Source of the DNA: Candidatus Omnitrophota bacterium
GTDB lineage: Bacteria > Omnitrophota > Gorgyraeia > Tantalellales > Tantalellaceae
Assembly (NCBI GenBank): GCA_043813915.1
Contig: JBDRKO010000012.1
Coordinates: 37,457-101,456 of the forward strand
Length of the DNA: 64,000 bases
Direction of reading: 5' to 3'
Shown: one piece after another, positions 54,073-63,821 of the stretch
Layout of the letters: each line of letters opens with the position of its first letter
Numbering within the stretch: position 1 is the stretch's first letter
The notes under the pieces: model-generated
The model's database searches: none
What the model was told of the DNA's origin: nothing
What the model saw: the letters and a program-made list of their open reading frames with translations, nothing else
Position numbers and translations under genes: made by a program

Positions 54073-56957
54073 TGAAGAAAACCACGCTTTTTCTTATTTC
54101 TGTATTTCTTCTGAGTATCGCAACTTCTGCTTTTGGAGCAATATCCACCGACGATCTGGCTAAAAGAAAGGCTGAAGGAGACAGCATCTTTACCCAAATG
54201 ACTAAAGAGCGAAATAAAGCGGTAGAGTCAATTATGAACGACCCCAACACCTCTGCGATGCAAAAAAAGCAAGCTGTTAGGAGATTACAGGAAGACTTTT
54301 TGCGATCAAGCAGAGAGGTGCATTTAAAGTATCGTGAACCGTTCGTGCAAAGGATCATTGCCGAAACAAATGCTGAATTACCCAAAGACCAACAAATAAA
54401 AAGAAGCCTGGGCAGCGATATTTATAAAAGGGATGAGGTAACGGGTAAAGTTTTAAAGGATGAGTATGGACGCAAGATACTAAACCCTACGCACCGCGGG
54501 ATGCAGGGTGATCTTGATCTAGGGGGTAGCCCGAGCGCCGTGGAAAAGCTGGAGAAGAAATTCGGTGATTACGGGATAGGCAAAAAAGTTGACCCAAAGA
54601 TCCCCGTTAGCCACAAAGATTATAATAAGGTAAAAGACGCACCGGGATACCGAGATTTTAAACAGGCGGAAGTTACGATCAATATCGAAGGCCATGTGGA
54701 TAAGCCCGGAAGCTCTTCTCACTTAACACAGGTTCAGATGGATGCCTTTTCAAAGGAGACTTATGTCTCAGTAGGAATGAATAAGGATCAGCCCGGGCGC
54801 AAATTTGTCGAGGTCAATGACCATATAAAAAAAGGCACTACGGGTTTTGCGGGCCCTGCATCAGTGTTGCTTGATCCAAGATCAGAGGATGTTTTTCAAG
54901 GTGTCGGTAAAGCGACTCTAAAATCTATCGATCCTCCAAAGAAACCCGGCCAGGTTCAACACGTAAGCGATGAGCAGCTCAATAAGATCTTAAAAGAAAC
55001 AGGTTATCAAGGAGACGTGAATACGTTTAAATCTCAGGTTGCTGATATAAAGCAGGGTCACTTGCCTCAAGGCGTGGGGCTTGACGAGAAAAACATAAAA
55101 CCTTTCCAAGAAGCCTGTCAAAAGACAACCGAGCAAGCGTTGGACAATGCCAAGAAAATAGCGGATCAGGAATTTCAGAAAACAAATGAAAGGATAAAGA
55201 AGTACGATGAAGTAGCAAAGTCTCCGGATACTCCTGAATATCAAAAAAAGAGGTTTGAGAAAGAAGCCCAAAAACTCCGTGACGAATTAGCTGATTCAAA
55301 GGTAAGAATAGAACAGACTACCTTAGCTAATCAGGAAAAGTTAAAAGGGGGGAATTACGATACCTTTTACGAAAAAAAAGCGATAAAACCCAAAGCTCTG
55401 CCGGATATCCCGAAAACACCAAATGCGCCGAAATCACCCAGAATAGATGCCATAAAAAACGGACTTAAACCAGACCTTATGAGTACAGCCGGTTACGGGC
55501 TTTCTGCCTATAATGTTTATGATAATGTGCAAAAATATCAAAACGGAGAAATAACTAAGAACGACATGGTCATCGGTGTTAACAAGGAAGTTGTTGATAC
55601 CGGCTTTGGAATTGTGACGGATCTTGGGACTGCTGCGGCTGTCGGAGGTATAGGAACGGGTGCGACAGGAGCAGTTGCCACTGTAGCCGCGCCATTGGTT
55701 GTTTTCGCGGCAACCGGATACGCGGTGAGCCAGGCGGCCGAAGACGGTTTGAAAATGGCGGACGCTTTTAAAGACGAAGAAATTTTGGAAATGATAAGCA
55801 AGTCAAAGACCGAAGAAGCGATCAATACCATGCAAATGGCGGCTGAGGAAGTATTAAAGGCCGGGGAGGTAACCGGTGACTGGAAATTTTTCGCTAAGGC
55901 TGATGATGTTATTTATGCTATGGATAAATTGTATCAGGCAACGGGTGATGTTTTTTATTTACAGAGATCTAATGATCTAGCTGACCGTGTGGATAAGAAG
56001 AAAGAAGAGCTGGAGAAACAGTATGGTTGCTCGATCTATGATGTTAAGAATAAGAAGAAGGAGGAAGCGGAAAAGGAAGCTGAAAAAGAAAAGGTTCCGG
56101 AGACCAAAACCGCTGAAGAGGTTAAAGAAGCCGAGAGGGAGCCGGAAATAGTATTCGAGGAACCAGGGCCGGATGAGAATGAAGAGGAAGACGAATACGA
56201 GATTGTTTTTGAAGATGTTGATGAGGAGACCAAAACGCAGGCGAAGGAGTTTATAGAATATCAAAAGAATAAAGACGCAGAGCAAGACAAAAAAGATATG
56301 TATTACGAGATGCAAGACGCAAAGACGTCTTCTGATACGCAACGTGCTTATGATGAAGCTGCTGAAGAAGCCAGGGAAGAGAATTATTATGCTTTGGTAG
56401 GAGTATCCCAAAAGTGGCAGGATTATAAGCAACAACAGCAACAGCAGGATAAACAATACAAAAAAGAATTGGCGGCGATAAAAAAGCAATACAATGACAC
56501 GCAGAATAATACACAGGCAAAAGATCCTATCCCGGGATCTTTGGGATGGATCAACGCCAAGCCTTCTCAGGCTTCGCAACCCGCAACAAGCTATCAAGAC
56601 GGTACGGCCAGTGATCATAAAACGTATAAGCAGGAGGAGCAAAAGCGGTGTTCTTGTAAAGGGTGGTATTATTTTTGTGTCAGACCGGCTGATGGAGCCG
56701 GAGGATGGACCGGTTTTGAGGGGCTTGATAAAAGCGCAACTTGTGGGATCATGCACTTGCACAAAGTGCCTTTACAGATCCCCGGAGCAGGTACATTATA
56801 TTTTGAGGAACGGCAGGCAAATCAGGCCGGAAAATGTTTAGATAAAGGACACAAATTTCATATCGGCAAGAAGTCGCCCCAGCAGATAGATGATGCGGTA
56901 AAAAAGAGTGATGCTTTTTACGGCAAATCTTACGAGTTCGATAAAATAGATAGATAA
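54072..56957 (+). CDS. Large secreted protein of 961 aa and unknown function. It has a signal peptide, K/E-rich coiled regions, a Gly/Ala-rich zipper-like hydrophobic segment, acidic low-complexity stretches, and a Cys-rich C-terminal domain.
   Basis: The leader MKKTTLFLISVFLLSIATSAFG, the segment GTAAAVGGIGTGATGAVATVAAPLVVFAATGYA, and the C-terminus CSCKGWYYFCV..CG..H are all visible. It is translationally coupled to the upstream gene (TAATGA). Confidence 0.7.
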   Translation: MKKTTLFLISVFLLSIATSAFGAISTDDLAKRKAEGDSIFTQMTKERNKAVESIMNDPNTSAMQKKQAVRRLQEDFLRSSREVHLKYREPFVQRIIAETNAELPKDQQIKRSLGSDIYKRDEVTGKVLKDEYGRKILNPTHRGMQGDLDLGGSPSAVEKLEKKFGDYGIGKKVDPKIPVSHKDYNKVKDAPGYRDFKQAEVTINIEGHVDKPGSSSHLTQVQMDAFSKETYVSVGMNKDQPGRKFVEVNDHIKKGTTGFAGPASVLLDPRSEDVFQGVGKATLKSIDPPKKPGQVQHVSDEQLNKILKETGYQGDVNTFKSQVADIKQGHLPQGVGLDEKNIKPFQEACQKTTEQALDNAKKIADQEFQKTNERIKKYDEVAKSPDTPEYQKKRFEKEAQKLRDELADSKVRIEQTTLANQEKLKGGNYDTFYEKKAIKPKALPDIPKTPNAPKSPRIDAIKNGLKPDLMSTAGYGLSAYNVYDNVQKYQNGEITKNDMVIGVNKEVVDTGFGIVTDLGTAAAVGGIGTGATGAVATVAAPLVVFAATGYAVSQAAEDGLKMADAFKDEEILEMISKSKTEEAINTMQMAAEEVLKAGEVTGDWKFFAKADDVIYAMDKLYQATGDVFYLQRSNDLADRVDKKKEELEKQYGCSIYDVKNKKKEEAEKEAEKEKVPETKTAEEVKEAEREPEIVFEEPGPDENEEEDEYEIVFEDVDEETKTQAKEFIEYQKNKDAEQDKKDMYYEMQDAKTSSDTQRAYDEAAEEAREENYYALVGVSQKWQDYKQQQQQQDKQYKKELAAIKKQYNDTQNNTQAKDPIPGSLGWINAKPSQASQPATSYQDGTASDHKTYKQEEQKRCSCKGWYYFCVRPADGAGGWTGFEGLDKSATCGIMHLHKVPLQIPGAGTLYFEERQANQAGKCLDKGHKFHIGKKSPQQIDDAVKKSDAFYGKSYEFDKIDR

Positions 56958-56963
56958 AGGAAA

Positions 56964-57674
56964 ATGAAGATGAGGTGTAAGACAATAAAATCCACGGTAT
57001 TTTGTATTGTTGCATGTTATTTTTTTTCAGGTGTATCTATAGCTTGGGATATTTCTGAGTTTCCTCATGCCCCCAAAAAGAAACAAAGAGCCTCCTTAAG
57101 ATATCAGCCCAGATCAGAGCTTATGCAAAAGAAATACCCTTTAACCGTAGGGGTGATGGATGTCAGCGATAAAAGGGCAACATCTTTTTTTCTTGCTAAA
57201 GAGGGCGCTACCGACGAATTCTTTCAGGAGACAATAGCCGATGGAATTTCAGAAGCTTTTTACCTTGAGATGAAAAAAAGCGGTCTTTTTGAGAAAGTTG
57301 TAAAGATCGATGAAACCAGGCCCGAGGAATTAACCGCGGGATCTTTATCCGGGTTAAGAGAACAATACAATGTAGATATGCTCGTTGTCGCTGATCTTAG
57401 CAAGTTTAATATGGTAAGGGAAAAAATGGGCGGGTTGCAGTATAATTCATACATTACAAGAGTAGACATTGAGCTTATAGCTCAGCTCATTTATCTTAAA
57501 GCAGGTGTAGTTGTATGGGCAGATGTTGTTGATCGTATCAGCGAGAAGCATTCAGAAACAGGCGCTCTGAGGCCGGGAGAGGTCGGTGAACTTACCACAT
57601 CCACAATGGGTGATCTTTTTAGTGATATGAAAGTATTAATTGCAGAAACCGGTAAAGTGATGAAGGTGAAATGA
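56964..57674 (+). CDS. Putative lipoprotein or secreted protein of 236 aa, possibly with a CsgG/LpoB-like fold (weak).
   Basis: It has a signal peptide with a CIVAC-type lipobox. The pattern TVGVMDVSD...LVVADL resembles CsgG-like lipoproteins. Confidence 0.6.
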   Translation: MKMRCKTIKSTVFCIVACYFFSGVSIAWDISEFPHAPKKKQRASLRYQPRSELMQKKYPLTVGVMDVSDKRATSFFLAKEGATDEFFQETIADGISEAFYLEMKKSGLFEKVVKIDETRPEELTAGSLSGLREQYNVDMLVVADLSKFNMVREKMGGLQYNSYITRVDIELIAQLIYLKAGVVVWADVVDRISEKHSETGALRPGEVGELTTSTMGDLFSDMKVLIAETGKVMKVK

Positions 57675-58318
57675 ATTTAAAGAAAGCGGCACTTTTGATC
57701 TTAGTAAGCATATGTATCACTGCTAATGCTTATGCAGGCGCGCCGCCCATAACTAAAGAGATGGATGCGGCCAGTTTGGAGCTTCCTTTTTATGAGGCTG
57801 AGGACCTGCCCGGAGCAGTTAGTAAGGAGGATATTTCTTTAGCTGCATCAGTTAGCAGCGGGGACGATCTCGAAAGATACTTTGCCTATGATCTTACTAA
57901 ATATGGGTATGTCGCGGTTTTAGTTACCATAACGAACAATTCTGATAAGCCAATATTGATCCACGGCACAGACACTTCTGTTGAGTATAGAGGCAATATC
58001 ATCAGACCTCTTTCGGTTGATAAAGTTTCCTCAAAGGTGATTGCCAATGTAAAAAAGCTGTTCAACAATACCGGCTATGGCCTTTATGAGGTATGGAATA
58101 TGTTCTTTGTAAGACTTGATGCGGTGGGAGAAAATTTCAATAAGAAATCTTTGCGGCATATGGTGCTTCCCGCGGGTGATACTGTGAGGGGGTATGTGTT
58201 TTTCGGTAAAAGTGAGCTTAATAGATCAAATCCAGGCATGAATCTCCGTGTAAACTTCCGCAGAATTGATAAAATAGAGAGCTTTGGACTGATAGCCGAG
58301 ATCGAACCTGATAAATAA
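57671..58318 (+). CDS. Secreted protein of 215 aa and unknown function.
   Basis: It has a signal peptide MNLKKAALLILVSICITANAYA. It overlaps the upstream gene by ATGA. Confidence 0.65.
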   Translation: MNLKKAALLILVSICITANAYAGAPPITKEMDAASLELPFYEAEDLPGAVSKEDISLAASVSSGDDLERYFAYDLTKYGYVAVLVTITNNSDKPILIHGTDTSVEYRGNIIRPLSVDKVSSKVIANVKKLFNNTGYGLYEVWNMFFVRLDAVGENFNKKSLRHMVLPAGDTVRGYVFFGKSELNRSNPGMNLRVNFRRIDKIESFGLIAEIEPDK

Positions 58319-58355
58319 TTGCGGCCAGTTCAAAAAATCCAGCCTGTATAAATTA

Positions 58356-58410
58356 GGGACGTTTCCCTATTAATAAGAGATTAGAAAGCAAGCAAATAGG
58401 GAAACGTCCC
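58356..58410. repeat. Palindromic 55-nt element, copy 2, matching 53157..53211.
   Basis: The sequence is gggacgtttccctattaataagagattagaaagcaagcaaatagggaaacgtccc. Confidence 0.85.
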
Positions 58411-58543
58411 GCGTTATGTCCCGAACAAAAATTTGACGTTTAGAACAGAGCGAATTTCCTTTGAATTCTTCTTGAACTGTTCTAAAATAGTGTTCAAGTA
58501 AATAATATTATAGAGATGATCTGGCAAAAAAAGGGAGGGTAAT

Positions 58544-59089
58544 ATGAGAAAAGTTTTTATGGTGATGCTTTTAACGGCAGCGGTAATATTCGCGTCTGCG
58601 GCAGCAAACGCTTTTGCCGATTCGGCAAAAGTCCTGGATATTAAAGTAGACGATACTTTAAAACTCTTTAAGGCGGTCAAAGGTTCGGATGATCTTATAA
58701 AGAGCGCTAAAGGACTGTTGGTATTCCCAAGTGTTATGAAAGCCGGGATAGGGTTGGGCGGAGAATACGGAGAAGGCTCTCTCCTGGTAAACGGGAGTAC
58801 GCAAGGATATTACAATACGGCTTCCGCTTCAATAGGGTTTCAGCTAGGAGTGCAGAAAAAATCCATAATCATCGCGTTCATGCAGCAGGACGCGCTTGAT
58901 AAGTTCCTGGGCAGCGACGGATGGAAAATAGGGGCTGACGCGTCGGTAGCCGTTATCGCCGTGGGCGCCGAAGGGGCGCTGGACACGCAGAGCACCAACC
59001 AGCCGGTTGTAGCGTTCGTTTTCGACCAGAAAGGGCTCATGTATAACCTTACTCTGGAAGGGACGAAGATAAGTAAGATCAGTAAATAG
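58544..59089 (+). CDS. Secreted SYLF (DUF500/Ysc84-like) lipid-binding domain protein.
   Basis: It has a signal peptide and the Gly-rich pattern AGIGLGGEYGEGSLLVNGS...ASIGFQLG. An AGGGAGGG RBS precedes it. Confidence 0.6.
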   Translation: MRKVFMVMLLTAAVIFASAAANAFADSAKVLDIKVDDTLKLFKAVKGSDDLIKSAKGLLVFPSVMKAGIGLGGEYGEGSLLVNGSTQGYYNTASASIGFQLGVQKKSIIIAFMQQDALDKFLGSDGWKIGADASVAVIAVGAEGALDTQSTNQPVVAFVFDQKGLMYNLTLEGTKISKISK

Positions 59090-59099
59090 AAGTTATGGT

Positions 59100-59127
59100 G
59101 TAGGGGCACGGCATGCCGTGCCCCTAC
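59100..59127. repeat. Perfect 28-nt palindrome GTAGGGGCACGGCATGCCGTGCCCCTAC.
   Basis: It is its own reverse complement. It matches 22344..22371 with a compensatory G/C to A/T pair. Confidence 0.85.
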
Positions 59128-59211
59128 GGTTCAAGAGTTCGCGTTTCCCGCTTTCGCCAAACCTGCGGCGGACAGGCGCAATGACGGAAAGATGAGAAAG
59201 GAGAAGGGCAC

Positions 59212-60579
59212 ATGGCGGACACAAAAATACTTCTTAATAGAAGCGAGATACCAAGGCAGTGGTATAACCTGGCGGCGGATTTCGCCGGACCCATGAGCCC
59301 GCCCATAGGGCCCGACGGTAAGCCTATAACGGCCGATATGTTGGCGCCGGTATTCCCGATGAACCTTATCGAGCAGGAAGTCTCGACGGAAAGATGGATC
59401 GATATCCCGGAAGAGATACTTGAGATACTTTACAGGTGGAGGCCCGCTCCTCTCAGGCGAGCGCGTAATCTTGAAAAATACCTGAAAACCCCCGCCAAGA
59501 TATATTACAAAGACGAAAGTGTGAGCCCTGCCGGAAGTCACAAACCTAATACCGCTGTCCCGCAGGCTTGGTATAACAAACAGTTCGGGATAGAGAACCT
59601 GACCACGGAAACTGGCGCGGGACAATGGGGCAGCGCGCTTTCCTTCGCGTGTAACATCGTAGGGCTGAAGTGCAAAATATACATGGTGAGAATTAGTTTC
59701 GATCAAAAGCCTCTCCGCAAGACGATGATGAGGATCTGGGGAGGAAACTGCGTTGCCAGCCCCAGCGATCAGACGAATTTCGGACGAAAAATACTTAAAG
59801 AAATGCCCGGGACACCGGGAAGCCTGGGGATCGCCATAAGCGAAGCCGTAGAAGAAGCGGTAAGCGATAAGACGGGGAAAACGCGTTACGCGCTCGGAAG
59901 CGTCCTGAACCATGTTATGCTGCATCAGACCATCATAGGGCTTGAGGCCAAGAAACAGCTTGATATAGCGGGAGAAGGAAGTCCCGACGTGGTCATAGGA
60001 TGCGCCGGCGGAGGAAGCAATTTCGCGGGGCTGTCTTTCCCGTTCGTATGCGACAAGATACACGGCGAAAAGATAAGCATTATAGCGGCCGAGCCCACCG
60101 CGTGCCCGACGCTCACCAAAGGGCCCTTCGCTTACGATTTCGGTGATATGGCCTGTCAGACGCCGCTACTTGCGATGTTCACGCTGGGACACAATTTCGT
60201 TCCGCCGCCGATACACGCGGGGGGGCTTAGATATCATGGGATGTCGCCGATGGTGAGCCATGCCGTAAAAGAAGGGCTTGTCGAAGCAAGGGCGTATGAC
60301 CAGATAAAATGTTACAATTCGGCTCTTCTATGGGCAAGGACCGAAGGGCCGATATGCGCTCCCGAAACGAGCCATGCCATAGCGGCGGTCATAGAAGAAG
60401 CCGAGAAAGCAAAAGAAGAGGGCAAAGAGAAGACGATATTGTTCTGTTACAGCGGGCACGGACTTATGGACCTTCTGGGTTATGAAAAGTTCCTTAATAA
60501 TGAGCTCAAGGAATATCATCTGCCGAAAGAAGAGATAGACAGGGCTCTTGCGTCCATAAAGGACCTCCCTAAGCCGTAA
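59212..60579 (+). CDS. Tryptophan synthase beta-like protein, TrpB2 family.
   Basis: It has the long TrpB2 N-terminus (WYNLAADFAGP) and PLP-lysine region motifs. Confidence 0.8.
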   Translation: MADTKILLNRSEIPRQWYNLAADFAGPMSPPIGPDGKPITADMLAPVFPMNLIEQEVSTERWIDIPEEILEILYRWRPAPLRRARNLEKYLKTPAKIYYKDESVSPAGSHKPNTAVPQAWYNKQFGIENLTTETGAGQWGSALSFACNIVGLKCKIYMVRISFDQKPLRKTMMRIWGGNCVASPSDQTNFGRKILKEMPGTPGSLGIAISEAVEEAVSDKTGKTRYALGSVLNHVMLHQTIIGLEAKKQLDIAGEGSPDVVIGCAGGGSNFAGLSFPFVCDKIHGEKISIIAAEPTACPTLTKGPFAYDFGDMACQTPLLAMFTLGHNFVPPPIHAGGLRYHGMSPMVSHAVKEGLVEARAYDQIKCYNSALLWARTEGPICAPETSHAIAAVIEEAEKAKEEGKEKTILFCYSGHGLMDLLGYEKFLNNELKEYHLPKEEIDRALASIKDLPKP

Positions 60580-60653
60580 ACGCGTTCCAGCCCGTGTCCT
60601 GTTCCTGCCGGGATACGGGAATTTTGTGCTATTGACCTCAAGAGGAGAAGGTT

Positions 60654-62681
60654 ATGGTAAAGAAAGAAAAGCGGGACACTTTTCTGCGCGGAAAGGATCT
60701 CACCAAAAGTATCATAAATACAGCTCCGTCCATCATTATGGTCCTCGATACGAAAGGACGCATTGTCACCTTTAATCCTTACATGGAAAGACTTTCCGGA
60801 TATAAACTTAAAGAAGTCGTAGGAAAGGACTGGTTCTCGACATTCCTGTCTAAAAATGAAGCGGCTAAAATAAAAAAAATATTCCGAAAAGCCGTGAGCA
60901 ACATACATACACGCGGTAATGTCAACCCGATCATATCAAAGCATGGGAAAGAGATATTCGTGGAATGGCATGATACAACGCTGAAAGGATACGACGGTAG
61001 AGTTGAGGGAGTGTTATCTATAGGGCAGGATATCACGGAAAGAGTAAGAACCGAAAGAGCGTTATCCGAGATCATGGAACTTCAGGAGAGGGTAGAAAAA
61101 GAGACCAAAATAGGCGGATGGGAGATGGATCTCGTGACCGGGAGATCAAAATGGACGAAAGGGACTTACGAGATAGTCGAAATAGCGAAAGGCAAGCCCG
61201 TTCCCGGGATAAAAGAGCATGTAGGATATTATCTCCCCGAATACCGAGGCCTTGTAAAGAGGTCCATAGAGCAGCTCATTAAGACAAAACGCCCTATGGA
61301 GTTTGAAGCGGCATTCAGGACAGCTAATGGAAATTTGAAATGGGGTTGCGCTACCGGCAGGGCGGTGATGGTCAAGGGAAAGGCCGTAAAGATCAGGGGG
61401 ACATTCCGGGACATTACGGAACAAAAACTGGCGGCAGAAGAGAAAGAAAAAGCAGAGAAACTCGTAAAGAGCTGGATCACGAGATACGAACTTGTTGTGG
61501 AAGCTTCAGGGCAAGCTGCATATGATTATTGCGTGGCTACCGGTGGGATCATCTGGGGAAAGAGCATAAAAAAAGTTTTGGGATATTCTTCTCAGGAAAT
61601 GACCGGTGGTTTCTCTCAATGGAAAGAAATGCTTCATCCGGGAGACAGAGAGGCGACACTTGAGACGCTTTACGCCGCGGAAAAGGATTGCGCCTATTGG
61701 GATCATGAGTACCGGATGAGGCATAAAAAAGGGGAATACCGGTGGGTTCGGGACCGAGGATTTTTTGTCCGCGGAGAGAAAGGAACAGTTGAGCGTCAGC
61801 TGGGAATGATCGAGGATATAAACGACAGAAAACGGAACGAAATAGAACTAAAATCTGCCCGGGAATTGGTGCAAAGGTGGAACAAGGAGCTTGAACATAG
61901 AGTAGAGGAAAGGACCGAAGAATTAAGACGTTCACAGGGACAGCTTATTCAGGCCGAAAAACTTTCAAGTGTAGGTCAATTAAGCGCGGGAGTCGCCCAC
62001 GAGCTTAACAGTCCGTTAACCGGTCTTCTTACCATGCTGGGATCTTATTTAAAAAAAACCGATAAAAATAAGGCTGAATATAACGAGATAAGAGAAATGA
62101 TAGAGGCGTCCAAACACATGGCGCGGATAGTCAAGGATCTGGGCACTTTCGCCAGAGAAACAGATGACGTGTTCACTGAGACCGATTTAAATGAGGTTAT
62201 AAATTCCACACTGAATTTTATTCCTCACCTTTTCCGAAAGGATAAAAAAACGGTTAGGCTTAAAAAAGAACTTAATACAAGCATCCCGGCCATAAAAGGT
62301 AATGAGAGCCGGCTTAGGCAGGTGGTGCTCAACCTGATCACTAACTCGTGTGACGCTATGCCAGAAGGCGGAAAGCTGACAATAAGAACCGGCAAAACAG
62401 ACGGCGGCAAAGGTGTTATGATGACATTCGAGGATACCGGAAAGGGTATTTCAGAAGAAAACATAAAAAAAGTTTTCGAACCGTTCTTTACGACAAAACA
62501 GCCGGGAGAAGGAGTGGGATTAGGGCTGTCCATAGTGCATGGAATAATCGCGACTCATAGCGGCCGTATTAAGATAGAAAGCGAGAAAGGAAAACGCACA
62601 AAATTTACAGTGATCTTCCCCGCGGCTAAAAGACGGAGGAATAATAATGGGAAAAAAAGGAAAGATACTGATAGTAGATGA
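60654..62681 (+). CDS. Cytoplasmic multi-PAS sensor histidine kinase.
   Basis: It has several PAS repeats, the H-box VAHELNSPL, and HATPase N/G boxes (NLITNSCDAM, GLGLSIVHGI). It has no TM segment. Confidence 0.85.
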   Translation: MVKKEKRDTFLRGKDLTKSIINTAPSIIMVLDTKGRIVTFNPYMERLSGYKLKEVVGKDWFSTFLSKNEAAKIKKIFRKAVSNIHTRGNVNPIISKHGKEIFVEWHDTTLKGYDGRVEGVLSIGQDITERVRTERALSEIMELQERVEKETKIGGWEMDLVTGRSKWTKGTYEIVEIAKGKPVPGIKEHVGYYLPEYRGLVKRSIEQLIKTKRPMEFEAAFRTANGNLKWGCATGRAVMVKGKAVKIRGTFRDITEQKLAAEEKEKAEKLVKSWITRYELVVEASGQAAYDYCVATGGIIWGKSIKKVLGYSSQEMTGGFSQWKEMLHPGDREATLETLYAAEKDCAYWDHEYRMRHKKGEYRWVRDRGFFVRGEKGTVERQLGMIEDINDRKRNEIELKSARELVQRWNKELEHRVEERTEELRRSQGQLIQAEKLSSVGQLSAGVAHELNSPLTGLLTMLGSYLKKTDKNKAEYNEIREMIEASKHMARIVKDLGTFARETDDVFTETDLNEVINSTLNFIPHLFRKDKKTVRLKKELNTSIPAIKGNESRLRQVVLNLITNSCDAMPEGGKLTIRTGKTDGGKGVMMTFEDTGKGISEENIKKVFEPFFTTKQPGEGVGLGLSIVHGIIATHSGRIKIESEKGKRTKFTVIFPAAKRRRNNNGKKRKDTDSR

Positions 62682-63033
62682 CTAAAACATAGTTCTCAAG
62701 GGTCTCAGCCGGATATTGGAGGATGAAGGATATTACGTTAAGACAGCGATATCCAAGGATGAGGCAGTAGAGGAAGTGTCGACGGAACGATACGATATAG
62801 TGCATGTTGATCTTGTGCTGCCGTATGCGGACGGAGTTGCGGTATGCAAAGAGGTCAAAAAAAGGTCACCGGATACGGAAGTGGTTCTATTTTCCGGTCA
62901 CCCGAAAAAGCTGGCAAGACATAGATCTGATTTTTTGAATGCCGGAGGAAGGAACGAGATCCTCCGCAAACCGTTGGACGGTGAGGAAATAATATCGATC
63001 ACGGAAAAGATATTAAAGGAGAAAAAGAGATGA
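62647..63033 (+). pseudogene. Response-regulator receiver gene interrupted by an in-frame TAA at codon 13 (MGKKGKILIVDD*NIVLKGL...).
   Basis: The ATG at 62647 is in frame with the ORF at 62716..63033. The TAA lies at 62683..62685, where receivers normally have Glu/Asp. Confidence 0.6.
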
Positions 63034-63422
63034 TGACAGAAGTGAATACGGGCAAAATACTGATAGTGGACGACGAAAAGGTCGTCTGTATGGGATTCGA
63101 AAGGGTTCTCGCCGAAGCCGGATACGAGGTTGACAGCGCTATGAACGGGAGCGAAGCGATCGCGAAAGCGAAAGAAAAAGACTATGATATCGCTTTCATT
63201 GATCTTATCCTGCCCGCAATGAACGGGGTAGAGGTTTGCCGGGCGATAAAAAAGATAAAGCCGGAGATGACGCTTATCTTTATGACGGGAAAACTTGATA
63301 CAGACCCTATAGGCAGGGAAGTAGAGTTCGTAGAAGCCGGCGGTAAGACATACAGCTTTTACAAACCTTTCGGCGCGGAAGAGATATTGGAAGTTACCAG
63401 AAAAGCGATATCCGAAAGGTAG
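63030..63422 (+). CDS. Single-domain CheY-like response regulator.
   Basis: The pattern KILIVDDEKVV...D..FIDL.LP.MNG...K matches a receiver domain. Confidence 0.85.
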   Translation: MMTEVNTGKILIVDDEKVVCMGFERVLAEAGYEVDSAMNGSEAIAKAKEKDYDIAFIDLILPAMNGVEVCRAIKKIKPEMTLIFMTGKLDTDPIGREVEFVEAGGKTYSFYKPFGAEEILEVTRKAISER

Positions 63423-63665
63423 GCTCTAATAACACCTATAAAGTTCCGCGGACGTAAGTCCGGGACTGTGCTCTATGCTCTGTGCGCAGCCCGAAGAGAC
63501 ACTTGACTATTGACGATTGACCATTGTCCTTTATAAGATCGCGCGATCCGTAGGTTCGCGGCATGACGCGTAATGTTTTATGTGTGATGAGAGAAGAGAC
63601 GAAGAACGATAGAAGAAGTGTTAAGTTGTAAGTATTAAGTGAGAATGGGTTTAAAAGTTAAAAAG

Positions 63666-63821
63666 CTGTCATTCCGAGTGAATGACCGTAGGGAATGAGT
63701 CGAGGAATCTTGATGAACGAACATGGAATCGGGAGATTCCGATACACCTCGGACATTACCTGCCTGCCGGCAGGCAGGCGTCCTCGGCGCCTCGGCTTGT
63801 TACACTCGCTCGGGATGACAA
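63666..63821. mobile_element. MITE-like element, the second copy, in the same orientation as 31929..32054. Its TIRs are TGTCATTCCGAG / CTCGGGATGACA.
   Basis: It shares ggaatcgggagattccgat, CCTGCCTGCCGGCAGGCAGG and the right TIR with the first copy. It also contains an inverted GGCGCCGAGGAC module. Confidence 0.5.
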
